A DNA stretch of 64,000 bases. It comes from Phoronis australis. Lineage: Eukaryota; Animalia; Phoronida. Under the pieces are notes generated by a model. The model searched no databases, was not told the DNA's origin, and was given only the letters and a program-made list of their open reading frames with translations. The stretch covers positions 567,846-631,845 of the forward strand of contig NMRA01000018.1 of NCBI GenBank assembly GCA_002633005.1, written 5' to 3'. Of the stretch, positions 28,901 to 40,900 are shown in pieces (position 1 is the first letter of the stretch; each line of letters starts with the position of its first letter). The position numbers were made by a program, and so were the translations under genes.

Positions 28901-31900
28901 NNNNNNNNNNNNNNNNNNNNNNNNNNNNNNNNNNNNNNNNNNNNNNNNNNNNNNNNNNNNNNNNNNNNNNNNNNNNNNNNNNNNNNNNNNNNNNNNNNNN
29001 NNNNNNNNNNNNNNNNNNNNNNNNNNNNNNNNNNNNNNNNNNNNNNNNNNNNNNNNNNNNNNNNNNNNNNNNNNNNNNNNNNNNNNNNNNNNNNNNNNNN
29101 NNNNNNNNNNNNNNNNNNNNNNNNNNNNNNNNNNNNNNNNNNNNNNNNNNNNNNNNNNNNNNNNNNNNNNNNNNNNNNNNNNNNNNNNNNNNNNNNNNNN
29201 NNNNNNNNNNNNNNNNNNNNNNNNNNNNNNNNNNNNNNNNNNNNNNNNNNNNNNNNNNNNNNNNNNNNNNNNNNNNNNNNNNNNNNNNNNNNCGCCGCCA
29301 AGTGGTGACTTAGCAACTGTCAACCAAGACGCGCCAAAACAATGGGGAAGGACGCATTTTGCAGTGCGATAAATTGCATGAAGTCATCCACGAAAACCCC
29401 AGACGTGTCATTTTGTAGGTTTCCTAAGGATCCAGAAAGGTAAGGATTATCTGTTATTCAATAATATGATACATTGTCTTTCATTTTGTGTGTTCTGTTC
29501 ACGGTTGTTAGACAAGTCGATCGCAATCCCGTTGCCTCTTTTGTCTGCAGTGTTGAGTGTAGGCTACGTACAGCCGGGCTGCCGGCGGAAGGACTATGAT
29601 GAACGTACGATGTGATCGTCAGCTTTTTGGATACTTGCAGTCCATGAATTCCAAATCAAAATGTCACTCGCACGGTCGCAGGGATAATTTTAGGAAAACA
29701 TGCCCATGGCCATGGGACTGGTGACACGGCCATGGCACAATCACAGCCACAGGGCCACAAGTCTGTCATGACATGAGTCAAGTTAGAGAATCTGTGGGTC
29801 TCGGTGAAAAGGTGAAAAAATCAACATTTTAATGTGCCAGTTGGACCAATTAATTCTATGTGTCAATGATATGTGGGGGCGCAGCCCTGTTAAAATATCC
29901 GTGGATCGACATTTGAGTCCGAGTTTTTTTTCAGTTGACACCAAAATGCTTTTGTCTCTATCACAATCACAGTACCACATGAATTCTGTAGTGTAGTGTA
30001 CTTGAGTGTAGGCTACCAGTCTTCTGTGAACCTAGTGAGTATGAGGTTTGTTCCCGAGTCTCTCAGTCATTGATTTCAGTTCAGTTCAAGTGCAAGCGCT
30101 GGGAGCTGACCTTATGAATAGAGATGCAGCCTATTTGTCCAAGAACTGCAAGTTATGCTTTCATCACTTCGAGGAGTCCATGTTCGTGAATGAAGAACAA
30201 GCTGGTATTTACTGCAGTGCCCGAACAATATTTGATGTCCCGAATCCACCAAAAATGAAGATGTCAGGCTAAAAAAGTTCTCCGGAAATTATATTACAGC
30301 TCTGGAATAGGCTGTTTTGCATTTCTGATTATCGTCTCACAAAGCAAGTACTGGAACATCACGTGTAGAAAGCAGGACTCGACATAACGAGCTGGAAATG
30401 TGAGCTGAGATTTCTGTCAGCTCGTATCAAGTCGCAAAATGCGACCTGGAAATTCTGGGGAAATTCTATGGGAAATAGCTAGGGATTGTTTGGATAAAGC
30501 TACACCCATTCAATTGCATTCTTTCCGTGGGGGTCCTCAAGTGGTGGAAAAATGGTTAAAGACATTTCCTAACACATACTTCTCAGTTTCAGGAGTTGGA
30601 TTAGGTCACATTAGGGGGGACCGAGCTCGCGGGATACGAGCTATTCCGTCAAAGCGATTGTTGGTGGAAACGGATGCACCTTATAATCATCCAAGTGGCA
30701 CGGGAATGCGTCAGTCCCATTCCGTATTAATAGGGGAATGGTGCAAGCAAATAGCGGAAGTCCGGGGAGTTAGCAAGGGAGAAATTTGCAGACTTTCGCG
30801 GGATAATCTAGCGTCCTTTATTCATTAAGAAAGGGAGGAAAAGTAAGAGTAAGGGATTATGTATGGCATGGGGAGAATCACTGCTAGTAGTATGAAATTT
30901 GGATGTTAATGTCTTTATTCAGGTGTTGTCTCCTTGGCTTTTTCATCAGAGTCTGGGAGTCAAAGGGCTCTTTTCCGGCGACCTTATCCATAAGGGTATA
31001 ATTGGGAAAAGTATGGGTATTTAGTCGTGATTCTTGTTGTTTGTCCATATATGTGTTACAGGTATGGGATGGCACTCCACAAGAGAATGCATGCCTTACA
31101 TACTCTTACTGTTTCAGAACCAGCTAAGAGGACCCAGTAGAGGGTAACTGGGAAGGGGTGGCTGGGAGAACTTCTAGGGGATTTGAATAGGGATGGCTCG
31201 GAGTACAATTGGGTAAAATTAAATATCGGAACTGCAATTTGGACTATGTTGATATTGGGTATATTAGATAGTCTGACTCTTATATCATGGCTGAGTAAGA
31301 GAATCTTTTATGGGATGATTGGCTAGATTATCTAGGAGAAATGTCATAGGGATAGTCCGGCTGAGGTTAACTTTTAATAAGTTTTAAACAACTGGGTTGG
31401 TACAGCAGTTCCGATTAACATTACCAGGGAAAGCTCCAAAAAACAGAATGGGGAGGAAATGTAGTGAGCCAGTGCATATGTTACGTGAGGTTTAATTGGA
31501 TAGTCAGGTTCGCGGGCTTCTCTGTTATCTTGGCTGGGATTGGATAATGGATGGAGCCTGCTGGGATGGATGATGTAACATGATGTAAAGATGACGTCAC
31601 GACCTCGTGGTTCACTCGTTCTTCGCACTTGAGAGTCGAAAGAGACAAGACGCAATCTAATACGACTCCAACGCAATATAACACGACTCCAGCGTAGACT
31701 TCAGAGACCTGTATATAACCAGTTAGGTAAGCTGTCTTATAGTTCTAGTGTATATCAGACTAACGTGGTCGGGGTAAGACACAACACAACGAATGCGAGC
31801 TGAGTTTTTACACTTCTCAACAGATACCTGGCAAATACAAAGCAGCTCTTGTTAATCCGACCGTTATTTGGTTGTTGCCAAATCCAAGTTCAAAAGAACA

Positions 31901-34900
31901 CTAACCGAGAACAGTCCTACTTGTAAGCAAGTCGCGTGAACATGGAATATGCAGAATCGATCTTTGACGCGTTTCATTGGCTAACACTTTCGGCCACTTT
32001 TGTAAATTCCCGGATTCGCCGAAAAAAGTTTCGGGCCACTGCTTAACACTTACATGTAAAACTTCACAAAACACCGGTGTTTCTACTAATTCTTAAGCAA
32101 TCAACTTACCAAACTTTGTGGTGGACAAAAATGTTTATTTTTCACATAAGATGTCCTTATTACATGTACCAAATATCTATGACAATATCCCTGATATCGC
32201 ACTGCGGCACTGTTAGCGCGCAAGCGGCCCCGGCAGACAATCGTGACTTAGACTGAGATGTTGCTTCTCCTTTTTATCGTAGTAAGATAGCCAAAGTGAA
32301 AATGACAACCTTATTAATCGCCAAACGACGGTCACGTCTTTACTTTCAGTTGCCAAGAAATTCTCAAGCCCTTTACTTGTTTTTGGGGCTACGTGCGCGA
32401 AATATGATTTGTCTTTCACACGTTATTGCCAACGTAACTGAGGGTAGGCCTACTCCAGCGATTCAAGTGCGTGAACTCACGTGTGCGCACCACTTCAAAG
32501 AACAGCGACAGTCCTAAATGAAAGAGTATACCGGCTTGGCTTGGCTCTGGTTTATTTGAAAATGAACTCAGATTCCCAGCGGTTATAAAAGATCCGACGG
32601 TCCCGGGGCCGATATAACCCAGAACTGACGGTTTCCTGTTCCGATGTTCTGTAAACCCTGTATTGTATGCCCGTAGCCGCTATTGCAACTAANATGTTCT
32701 GTAAACCCTGTATTCTATGCCCGTAGCCGCTATTGCAACTAAACTGGTGCTAGATGCGAAATTGTGGTTCAAGTTAGCGAACTTTTCATACACCCCTCCC
32801 CCCCGGCAATTTTTCGCTCCCCGAACCACCGTCGCCGTAAAATGTCCAGACTCCTATAGAAACAACCTTGTTCCGGCTGAAGGGGACAGTTAAAAACAAA
32901 ATCATTCCGGGTGGCTAAAAAGGTACAATGTAGGTGGTAACGATATCCAGAAAGACACCCCTACTAGATGGAGTTTGCCTCGCGAAATCCTATTATTATA
33001 ACGTTTCTTACCATTGCAGCGTTTTAATATCTTATTACCGCAAACACTGAGGTTAACGACTATGCTCACGCACAAGCCTACTCCCTACCTTTAAAGTGTT
33101 TCGTAATAACCGCTCTCTGATCTATTAAAAGTCCCCCCTTAAATTTTGAGAATTTCCAATTAAGCACCCACAGTTCAAGCTAGCGCCCATCATAGCGCAC
33201 TACAAACGACCGCGTGTGATTTAAAATTGTCACGCAGCTTATATGGTGTGTCACTTTCATTTTACACAACTTCAGTTTTCAAAAACGTCTTTTCACAATA
33301 TGTAAAAACCAAATCCCGGCTTTGTTTTATACCTCGGAAAGAAAATTAACACTAGTGACATGCATGTCGTTATGTGACTGACCTATTTTTCCCGTACTTG
33401 GAAGGTATTGAGGAGCAAACTCGCCATTACCCGAGTTAGTTTGAATCGTTAACGACTTTGATGACAGCCAGTAGCAGGCCAGATCTAACAAAATCCCGGA
33501 TACTTTTTCAACGAGCATTTTCTCCTTTTCACATCGCAAATTTAGCTACTCGAATGCACAAGTCAGTTAGAGAGCACTGATTCAACTTTCACGTCAGCAA
33601 CTTGCCTTGCGCTCTAGAGTCTTTCAATGGCGGTCGTGAAGAACAGTAAGGCCGTACCTGCATGACTTCGGAAGTCAATTTTGAGATCCGAAATTTGTGA
33701 GTATTTAACGCTGCATGTAAAAGCATAATCTAAACATTTTCTCGATGATCTAAAACATCTATTTTGGTGCGTAAAAATGGCGGGAGAATTTTGCGACCTG
33801 GCATTTACGAATGCGAGCTGGATTTTGAAAATGCGACCTGGGATTTGGGCTAGGTCGCAAAATGCGACCTGGCGATTTTAATAGCGTCGAGCCCTGGAAA
33901 GGACAATTAATCAAAATCTGATTTTCGTATTTTACTAAGGTTGATCAGATTGAAACATTTTATGAATGGTTAAATGGTTAACCTGTGATTTGGAGAGAGC
34001 TGTAGTAATAGCCGAGATTACCCGACTCGGGGATCGAACCCGCGACCCCCATAAAACCGGCAAGCGTGCTAACCATTCAGCTAATAGGCAATTGCCCGTT
34101 AGCGAGTAGCTAACAGAGGCTCATATAATTCACCGGAAGCACATCTACAACAGAGCCAAAGTGAAACAGATGGATCATTCAAAGTCTGAATGGTGGGCTG
34201 AAATTTTGTTAAACCCAAGCTATCCATATCATTTTGCTTCTCGATGACAAACACCTCTGTGAGTAAATTAGTTTTCAGCTTTATTCATAATGTATTTCTT
34301 TGGCGAAAAGTGCTGTTGTTTACTAGTGAATTAATAGAGAGTGACAAGGCTGGTCAGATTTTATTGTTGTATTGGTTGATGTATGTGTTGCCTATTATGT
34401 ACGTTTTTGGAGATTGTGATTAATTTAAGCCCCAGTTGTAGCTAGATGTATCAGATATGATCTTGTGGTTTGGCTTTAACTTACTGTTATTGATAATAGG
34501 AACAGTGGGTATATAAAATAAAATTTTGGTTTTATCATCCAAGTCTTTTTAATTCAATTTTGTATGAAGCTATGTGGGTAGTGAATATTTTGATTGCTGT
34601 TCAGTACCTCCTTTGTCATGACATTTGAAGTTGGACTAGTTATGAGTGATGATATACTCAATATGTTACTTCTAAAGATTAGCAACTGACTTGTAACTGT
34701 TGGTGAGTGGGAGAGTGGGATTGAGTTTACCCTATACTGGCATGTCTAAGAAATAATGGAATGTTCTACAATTGTATTATGATATTGTGGTAGTGATGAA
34801 TTGCCTTGCATTCTTCTTCTCACTTGTGTAACACCCACTGCACAAAACAATTGTCTGCATTGCTAGTGGCCTGGTGCATTGAATAGGGAACACATGTGAA

Positions 34901-37900
34901 ATTGTTGGGTGGAGATGAAACCAGCAGTGAGCTGGGAGCAACATGTTTGTCAATGGTCAGGGGAGCAACCAAAATGTGTGACGATGGGAGAGGCTCAACA
35001 CCCATGTGGCATACATGCCCATTAGTTTTTACCTATTTAGCACTCCTCCCATGTAACCCCCCTGGGAGGGGGTCAACACCCATTTGGCGCCCACCTGGTT
35101 TTTGCCTGGTACCCCCTTAGCTGGCACCTGGGGGTTATTCCTGTCTGAATCCCCAGGAGTAATCATTCAAATTATGTTACAGTAGTCCATGGAGGTATGA
35201 ACTGTTATAAGGAACGATAATTGCCGTGTTAAGAACTCAAACATGAAACAAAACCATGGTGGATTTTGAAGGGAGCTTCAGGAGAATAAAAACAAATACA
35301 CTGATACATTGATTAAAATACATATTTTCTTTCTCATTCGATTGTAAGTGGATGTTAGTTTATGTATTCTAACCATTTTCAATCACACAGTAATTTTATT
35401 GCACGTAGAATGCCATTAAAGTATGAATTTATGAGTGTTTACATTGTTCGGACTGCACTCCTAACTAAGTGTTGATTATTCACCGCTTGGGGCGTTAGTG
35501 TTTGGACCGGTAACCATTGCGGGGAATGGCAAAATGGCGGAGTGAACTCTCCTGCCTACTACACTGCTTGGTACAAGCCATCTGAAACTCTCAATGCATC
35601 AACCAATAATAGGGTTAAAGTTACATGTACCCCTAATTCACAGAAATACCATTAAAAGCATCTAACTAAGCCACTAACTATGGAAAATCCCACATGGTTT
35701 TTGAACATTTTTATGAAAGTTTTAATACCGATAGTTTGGTGAATGCTGGTGAAAGGACATTTCCCTATCAGTTTATTTTTTAAAAACAACATTTATGCCA
35801 AAAATGCATGCTCATGCAACTAAGAGAATGGTATAGTGTAGTGAATGACATGTCTCGATTCCTAATTTCAGAAAATCTATATGGTTACCTTGAATATTGA
35901 CAGTTGCTAGCTAATTGATAATTCAAGACGAGAACAATTTAATTAGGGAACACATAATTTTTAAGTTTAATTTTATTAACATTTATTTATGCTGTGTGAT
36001 TTTGTGTTTAAAGCAGTTAATAGAAAAAGTGGCAATTACTGTAAACATTCGTGTTAATGGCTTAGGTGCTTAAAGGGGCTGCGTCAGTGTTCTTCACTAC
36101 AGAAAATTCAAACATAACTCGAATTACAAAATTAATTTACATACTGTGGGGAGTTTGTGTGAAGTCCTGGAATAAATGCACTAATTTAATACTATAAGTC
36201 CTAATTTGCTTATCGTAACAGTAAATTACTAAAACTAATACAGTATTCGCCCTAATAAGCGCCCATGCCCCTATTAGGGCCCCCACGCGTTTTCAGTCTT
36301 TGCTAAAATAAGCGCCCAGTCCATGAATGTGTACACGAGAAAAATGCCTTAGCAACAGTTCTAAAATTCTACAGTAACATTTTCAATTTATCAGTCAGAT
36401 CCGACAGTCCTGAAAAAATCACTGCACGGAATTTGTAGACCAGGAGCCTTACTGCTATGTTGGTATTTAGCCATGACTATACACCTCAAACTTCCACTGT
36501 GCTTCAAAAAGAACGCAAAAGTATTGCTGACCTGAACGTATCCCATTATGGTCTGGCCTTTCAGAACAGATGCAGCGTACTTGGCAAGGGGGTTGTATCT
36601 TTCCTGTACAGATCTTCTCTCTCAACAGGAATCCAAATTTCTTGGTACACGTGAAAACCGCGAATTGAAGACTAATAAAAATTGACCGGTATTCAAAGCA
36701 CGTGGCCAAAAAGCGCGTGCTACATGCATGTACCTGTCATTGAAGGCGTTAGTCTTTGGGAACTATCTATTCATGAAACGGGTAGCATAGCATCGGCAAT
36801 AAATAAATATTGACACTAATTTCCGAAAGTTTCTACCAATATACAGTAAATGACAAACCATTGGAAGTGCATTGAAGAATCAGTCAATGAAAGCCTGTCA
36901 TCAAATCAGAAAACCTCAATAACAGTATGTCGTAGCGAGAAACCAATCATGTATTTTCGATAGCCCATGAGCATAACTATTTACATACCAAATGTGAAAG
37001 GTTTGGTCGAAGGATCGCGGAGCAATCATAATTTCAAAAATAGTCATCACAGCATCATTTTGCGTCCAATTTCACAACAAAACAAAAGCGCTCTGACTAT
37101 TGACTAGAATGATAAACACTGTATATAAATTTCATGTTGATCAGATGAAAAATGCGATGTTTAGCACAAATATGACAGGCTAATAAAGTGCACCTAGAAA
37201 TATGTCAATAAAAGAGCAGTCATCTATGCAGTAAATCTCAAATATCGCCATGGTAAGTCATAGTGAAATATAGGTGCCATTATACTCATAGCACATGACA
37301 ACATCTATCCTCATACTAAATTTCAGACCGAATCGGTAAGCTACGTCAAAGTTACAGCTCAAAAAATCTAAAATATCAAAGAAGTCGAGAACAACGAAAG
37401 CAAATGTCATTTTCCTTATTGCCCTTGAAATTATCAATCAACAGAAACAAAAATCAAAAAATTCCCCCTAAAAACAGTGGAGCTATGCTTCCACTAACCA
37501 AAACCTGAAAAATGGTGGCACCATGCATCCAATTTCAACTAAAACTACAGGCTTAGAGCTATTCACAATACACAAGTTTGTTTACATTCCACCCTGATCG
37601 TATAAGAAATGCGATCTGAAGTACGCGAACAAAGAAACAAAATTCATAACAACCACAAAAATATAGATTTTCACATTGCTTCATCCAATTCATAAGCTTT
37701 CTAATGATATAATTCGCATTTAATATCTGACATCTAAAAAGTAATGAAAAAATCAATTAACTGTGGTGCAGTTACCGGCTGCCTGCGTTATTTTTTCTTG
37801 GCAAGTCATCACTGCGAAATAAGTACTTGTGTTTTCAAACTTCGGCACAATTACGCGAAGCTCTTTCTTCTCACACAAGAAAAAATAGATAGCTACATTC

Positions 37901-40900
37901 TTCAGCTATCGATACGTATATTTTTCAAAGTATATTTCTAATCAGAACGTAGTCAAATTTTGGGATGAAAACTTTAAAATGTCATAGTTTTGGACTGGTG
38001 TATATCATAGCAGTGATATTTATATTGAAACGGAGCTTGTTTATTTGACTTATCAGTGTGAGACTTTACATCTTAATGTTAAGCATGGCGTGAATGTGAG
38101 CCCGAGAATATGCAGGCTATCCAACTCGAAAATCAAAATGGTCACGACATCACTGCTGGAGTTGTTGGATGACACTGACGGTTTCTACTCCACTGACACT
38201 GATTGCTCTGACGTTTTTGCTGCAATAGGTCTTGTCATTTTTAAATATGTTAGTATACTCTACTAGGCTCGCGCTAGACTTTTAAGGGTTTTAGCCAAAA
38301 TGGCAAAAGCATCTGAAAACTTTTAGCCATTTTCAAAAATTATAAGTCAAATACTTTCTGTTTTCTTAACACCCGCAATTGATAAAAGTACATTTACACG
38401 GACTGAACCTTATGTTTCACGTATCCACAGGTCCTTCTCATAATGTACTATAAGACAAGACGTTTGCCTCAAGAAAAACAAATGATCAACATTCCAAGGT
38501 CATATAGCAACCTGGACGGGACGTCAGCCAAAGAGGGTTTTATTATGACCTACCAAGTTTTTGGCAGAGGTTTCCCCTATACCCGAGTTACTAGTGTCAA
38601 TTGACCCGACGTAAAACCTAATATAAAATTAAGCAGAAAGGTTCTGTTTCCTGCATGAATATTCATTCATCATCTAGCAATAATGCTTCAGGGCCAAATT
38701 TGATGAAGGGCCGCCCTGTAGGAATCTTAATATTTTACGTTTTTAAGTAAACACAACTAGAAAACTAATGAAGACGGCTGTGGTTATAGTATGGAAGAAC
38801 AGTGGTGACATTAATATATGTATAAGTCATTGAGATATTAGTGGAATATTTTACACTTGATGTGGTCCCCATTATGCTTTTCTGGACAATGCTGCCTGAA
38901 GCGCAAATTTCCAAATTTTTTAAAATCCCACAACTTTCTTATTCATCAACCAATTTTGTACATTTTTCTTCAATTGAGTAGCTCTTATCATATTAAATCA
39001 TCTAATTGTTTTTAAATCCCTTAAAAATCACTTGGGTACCTGGTTACATCAATAGCTTAGTATGTAAATATAATAATAAGTCAGTATTCAACATGAACAA
39101 CGATCTTTTGTAAAAATTAACAGAAAAGCAATTTTGTCCAGGAACAGAATAAGTAGGCCTATAGCACGTCTTAGGGATGGTGCATATCCAGGGAACCTGT
39201 TGAATACAAAAGCCGAAAAAGCTTCACCAGTAGCAACATGAATTTCAATAACAAAGCCTGCACAACAACAGAGGATGCTTTTGGATGTTTAAAGCGGAAG
39301 TGGTGTTGTCGTTTCAAAAGATGAGATGACAAAAATAATTTGGCGATGGCGCAGTTGGCAAAGCGATCCGGCATTTACAGCTGTGTGTAAGGTGAATATT
39401 TGTGTAAAGTTACACTCATTACATTTATGTAACCTCTGAAAGTGGTGTAAATCTACACCCTAACACAGCATTACACTAGGGTGTATCTGCATTTATATGA
39501 TGAAAATACACACCATGAATGAATATACATTCGGGTGTAAACACAACTCTCGTATAAACGACATATAAAAGGGCTTATGTATCTAACTATCACATCAAGT
39601 TTCTTCCCTACCTTCCAGTTTCTTCTTGGCCTCCCGTTGGCTCTCCAGCAATTTCTTCTGTTGTTCCAGGTACTGCTTGATAAATGAGTTGGTACCGGCG
39701 CTCTCCTGAAGCTGTATAACGAACAGCAGTGTTAGAGCTCATATTTGAGTTAGGGAAATCAAGAGTCTAAGAAGAGTAAAGGAGTCCAAAATGGGGAGAC
39801 ATTGAAAAAAATTCAGTAGTTTCCTTTTTTGCCTCCTTACATAGCTTTTGCATTTGAAAAGTCAAAGAATATAAATAAGACACATTAAAGCCATATAAAC
39901 CATATGCAGAGGCTGTGGTACCCAATGGGTCAGGTCAAGTTTTCATAATGATCCTTTGAGCAGTTAAACAAGAGCAAAGCGGAGCGTTGAAAAGCGCCCA
40001 CGAATGCATTGCAAATGGTGTGCTTTTAGATGGCGCAAAAACATACAATCCATACAAAAACAGGAACATGCCATATTTCATAAAAATCTGTCAAGGAACT
40101 TCAGAAAAACAAAGGAAAACAGAATAAAATGAAATTGCCACTAGTGGGCACAGTGTCCGTATGATCCGCCTGAAAGTTGTCGTCGTCTGTTGTTATCTTC
40201 ATATTAATACACTTACTAAATTTAGTAAAGATCCTGCAGTGGGTTGAGGAGATACAACTATGGGTGCAAAACAAAACTACCACTAGGAGGCGCCACAGTA
40301 ATCAGTCACCATCCTCAAAGGTCATCTTCACACTGAGAACATATATGCCAATTTTCAAATGATTTGGTTGATACAAGGGTGGACACCAAAAACAAGATTT
40401 GAAAACAGTAAAAAATGGACACTAGGTGGTGCAAAAGCAGGAAGATAGCGCCACCACACCAATAGATGCCTATATTTAAAATTTTATGAAAATCTGCTGA
40501 GGACCTTTGAAGATACCGAGTTAAACGTAAAAAATTAATTGCCACTAGGGGGCACAGCAGTAGTCAGATCTGTCCGAAAGTCGTCGTCATCCGTAGTCAA
40601 CATCATATAAATACACTTGCTAAATTTCTTAAAGATCCTGTAAACGGTTTAGCAGATACAGCCATGTGCACAAAAAAAAAACTGCCACTAGGAGGTGCCA
40701 CAGTAGTCAAAATCTTCGGAAAATCATCGTCAATCGTTCTCTTCATAGTAAGCACATACATGCCAATTTTCACAATCATCCTTTGAGCAGTTTGGTTGAT
40801 AGAGGTGTGGAAAACAGTAAAAATGGCCACTAAGTGGCGCAAACTACGTCGAATCCATCCGAAAACAGGAGGATAGCGTCATCTCACTAGTAGGTGCCTA

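Larger units (their letters stand above)
30373..33896 (+). mobile_element. hAT-like MITE with 5-bp TSD, interrupted by an LTR-element fragment
   Basis: TIRs CAGG(A/G)CTCGAC...GTCGAGCCCTG; TSD GAAAG (30368-30372, 33897-33901); subterminal TGCGA(C/G)CTG repeats. Confidence 0.8.

Noticed and set aside
28288-29323. Long ORFs of 314-342 aa in the ORF track
   Set aside because: They consist of X residues spanning the assembly gap.
27924-29771. Apparent tandem duplication of THAP exon 1 on both sides of the N gap
   Set aside because: The two ~480-bp copies look identical and abut the gap; most likely an unmerged contig overlap.
30439-30828. Intact host TATDN gene
   Set aside because: Lacks the N-terminal metal-binding half; the ATG derives from the MITE; intronless and followed by PPT and LTR.
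34021-34090. Functional tRNA gene
   Set aside because: Anticodon arm and acceptor stem pair poorly and there is no T-run terminator; it lies within a TG...CA unit with a TSD.
35600-39050. Kolobok-like non-autonomous DNA transposon fragments
   Set aside because: TTAA-associated ends are suggestive, but paired TIRs could not be defined.
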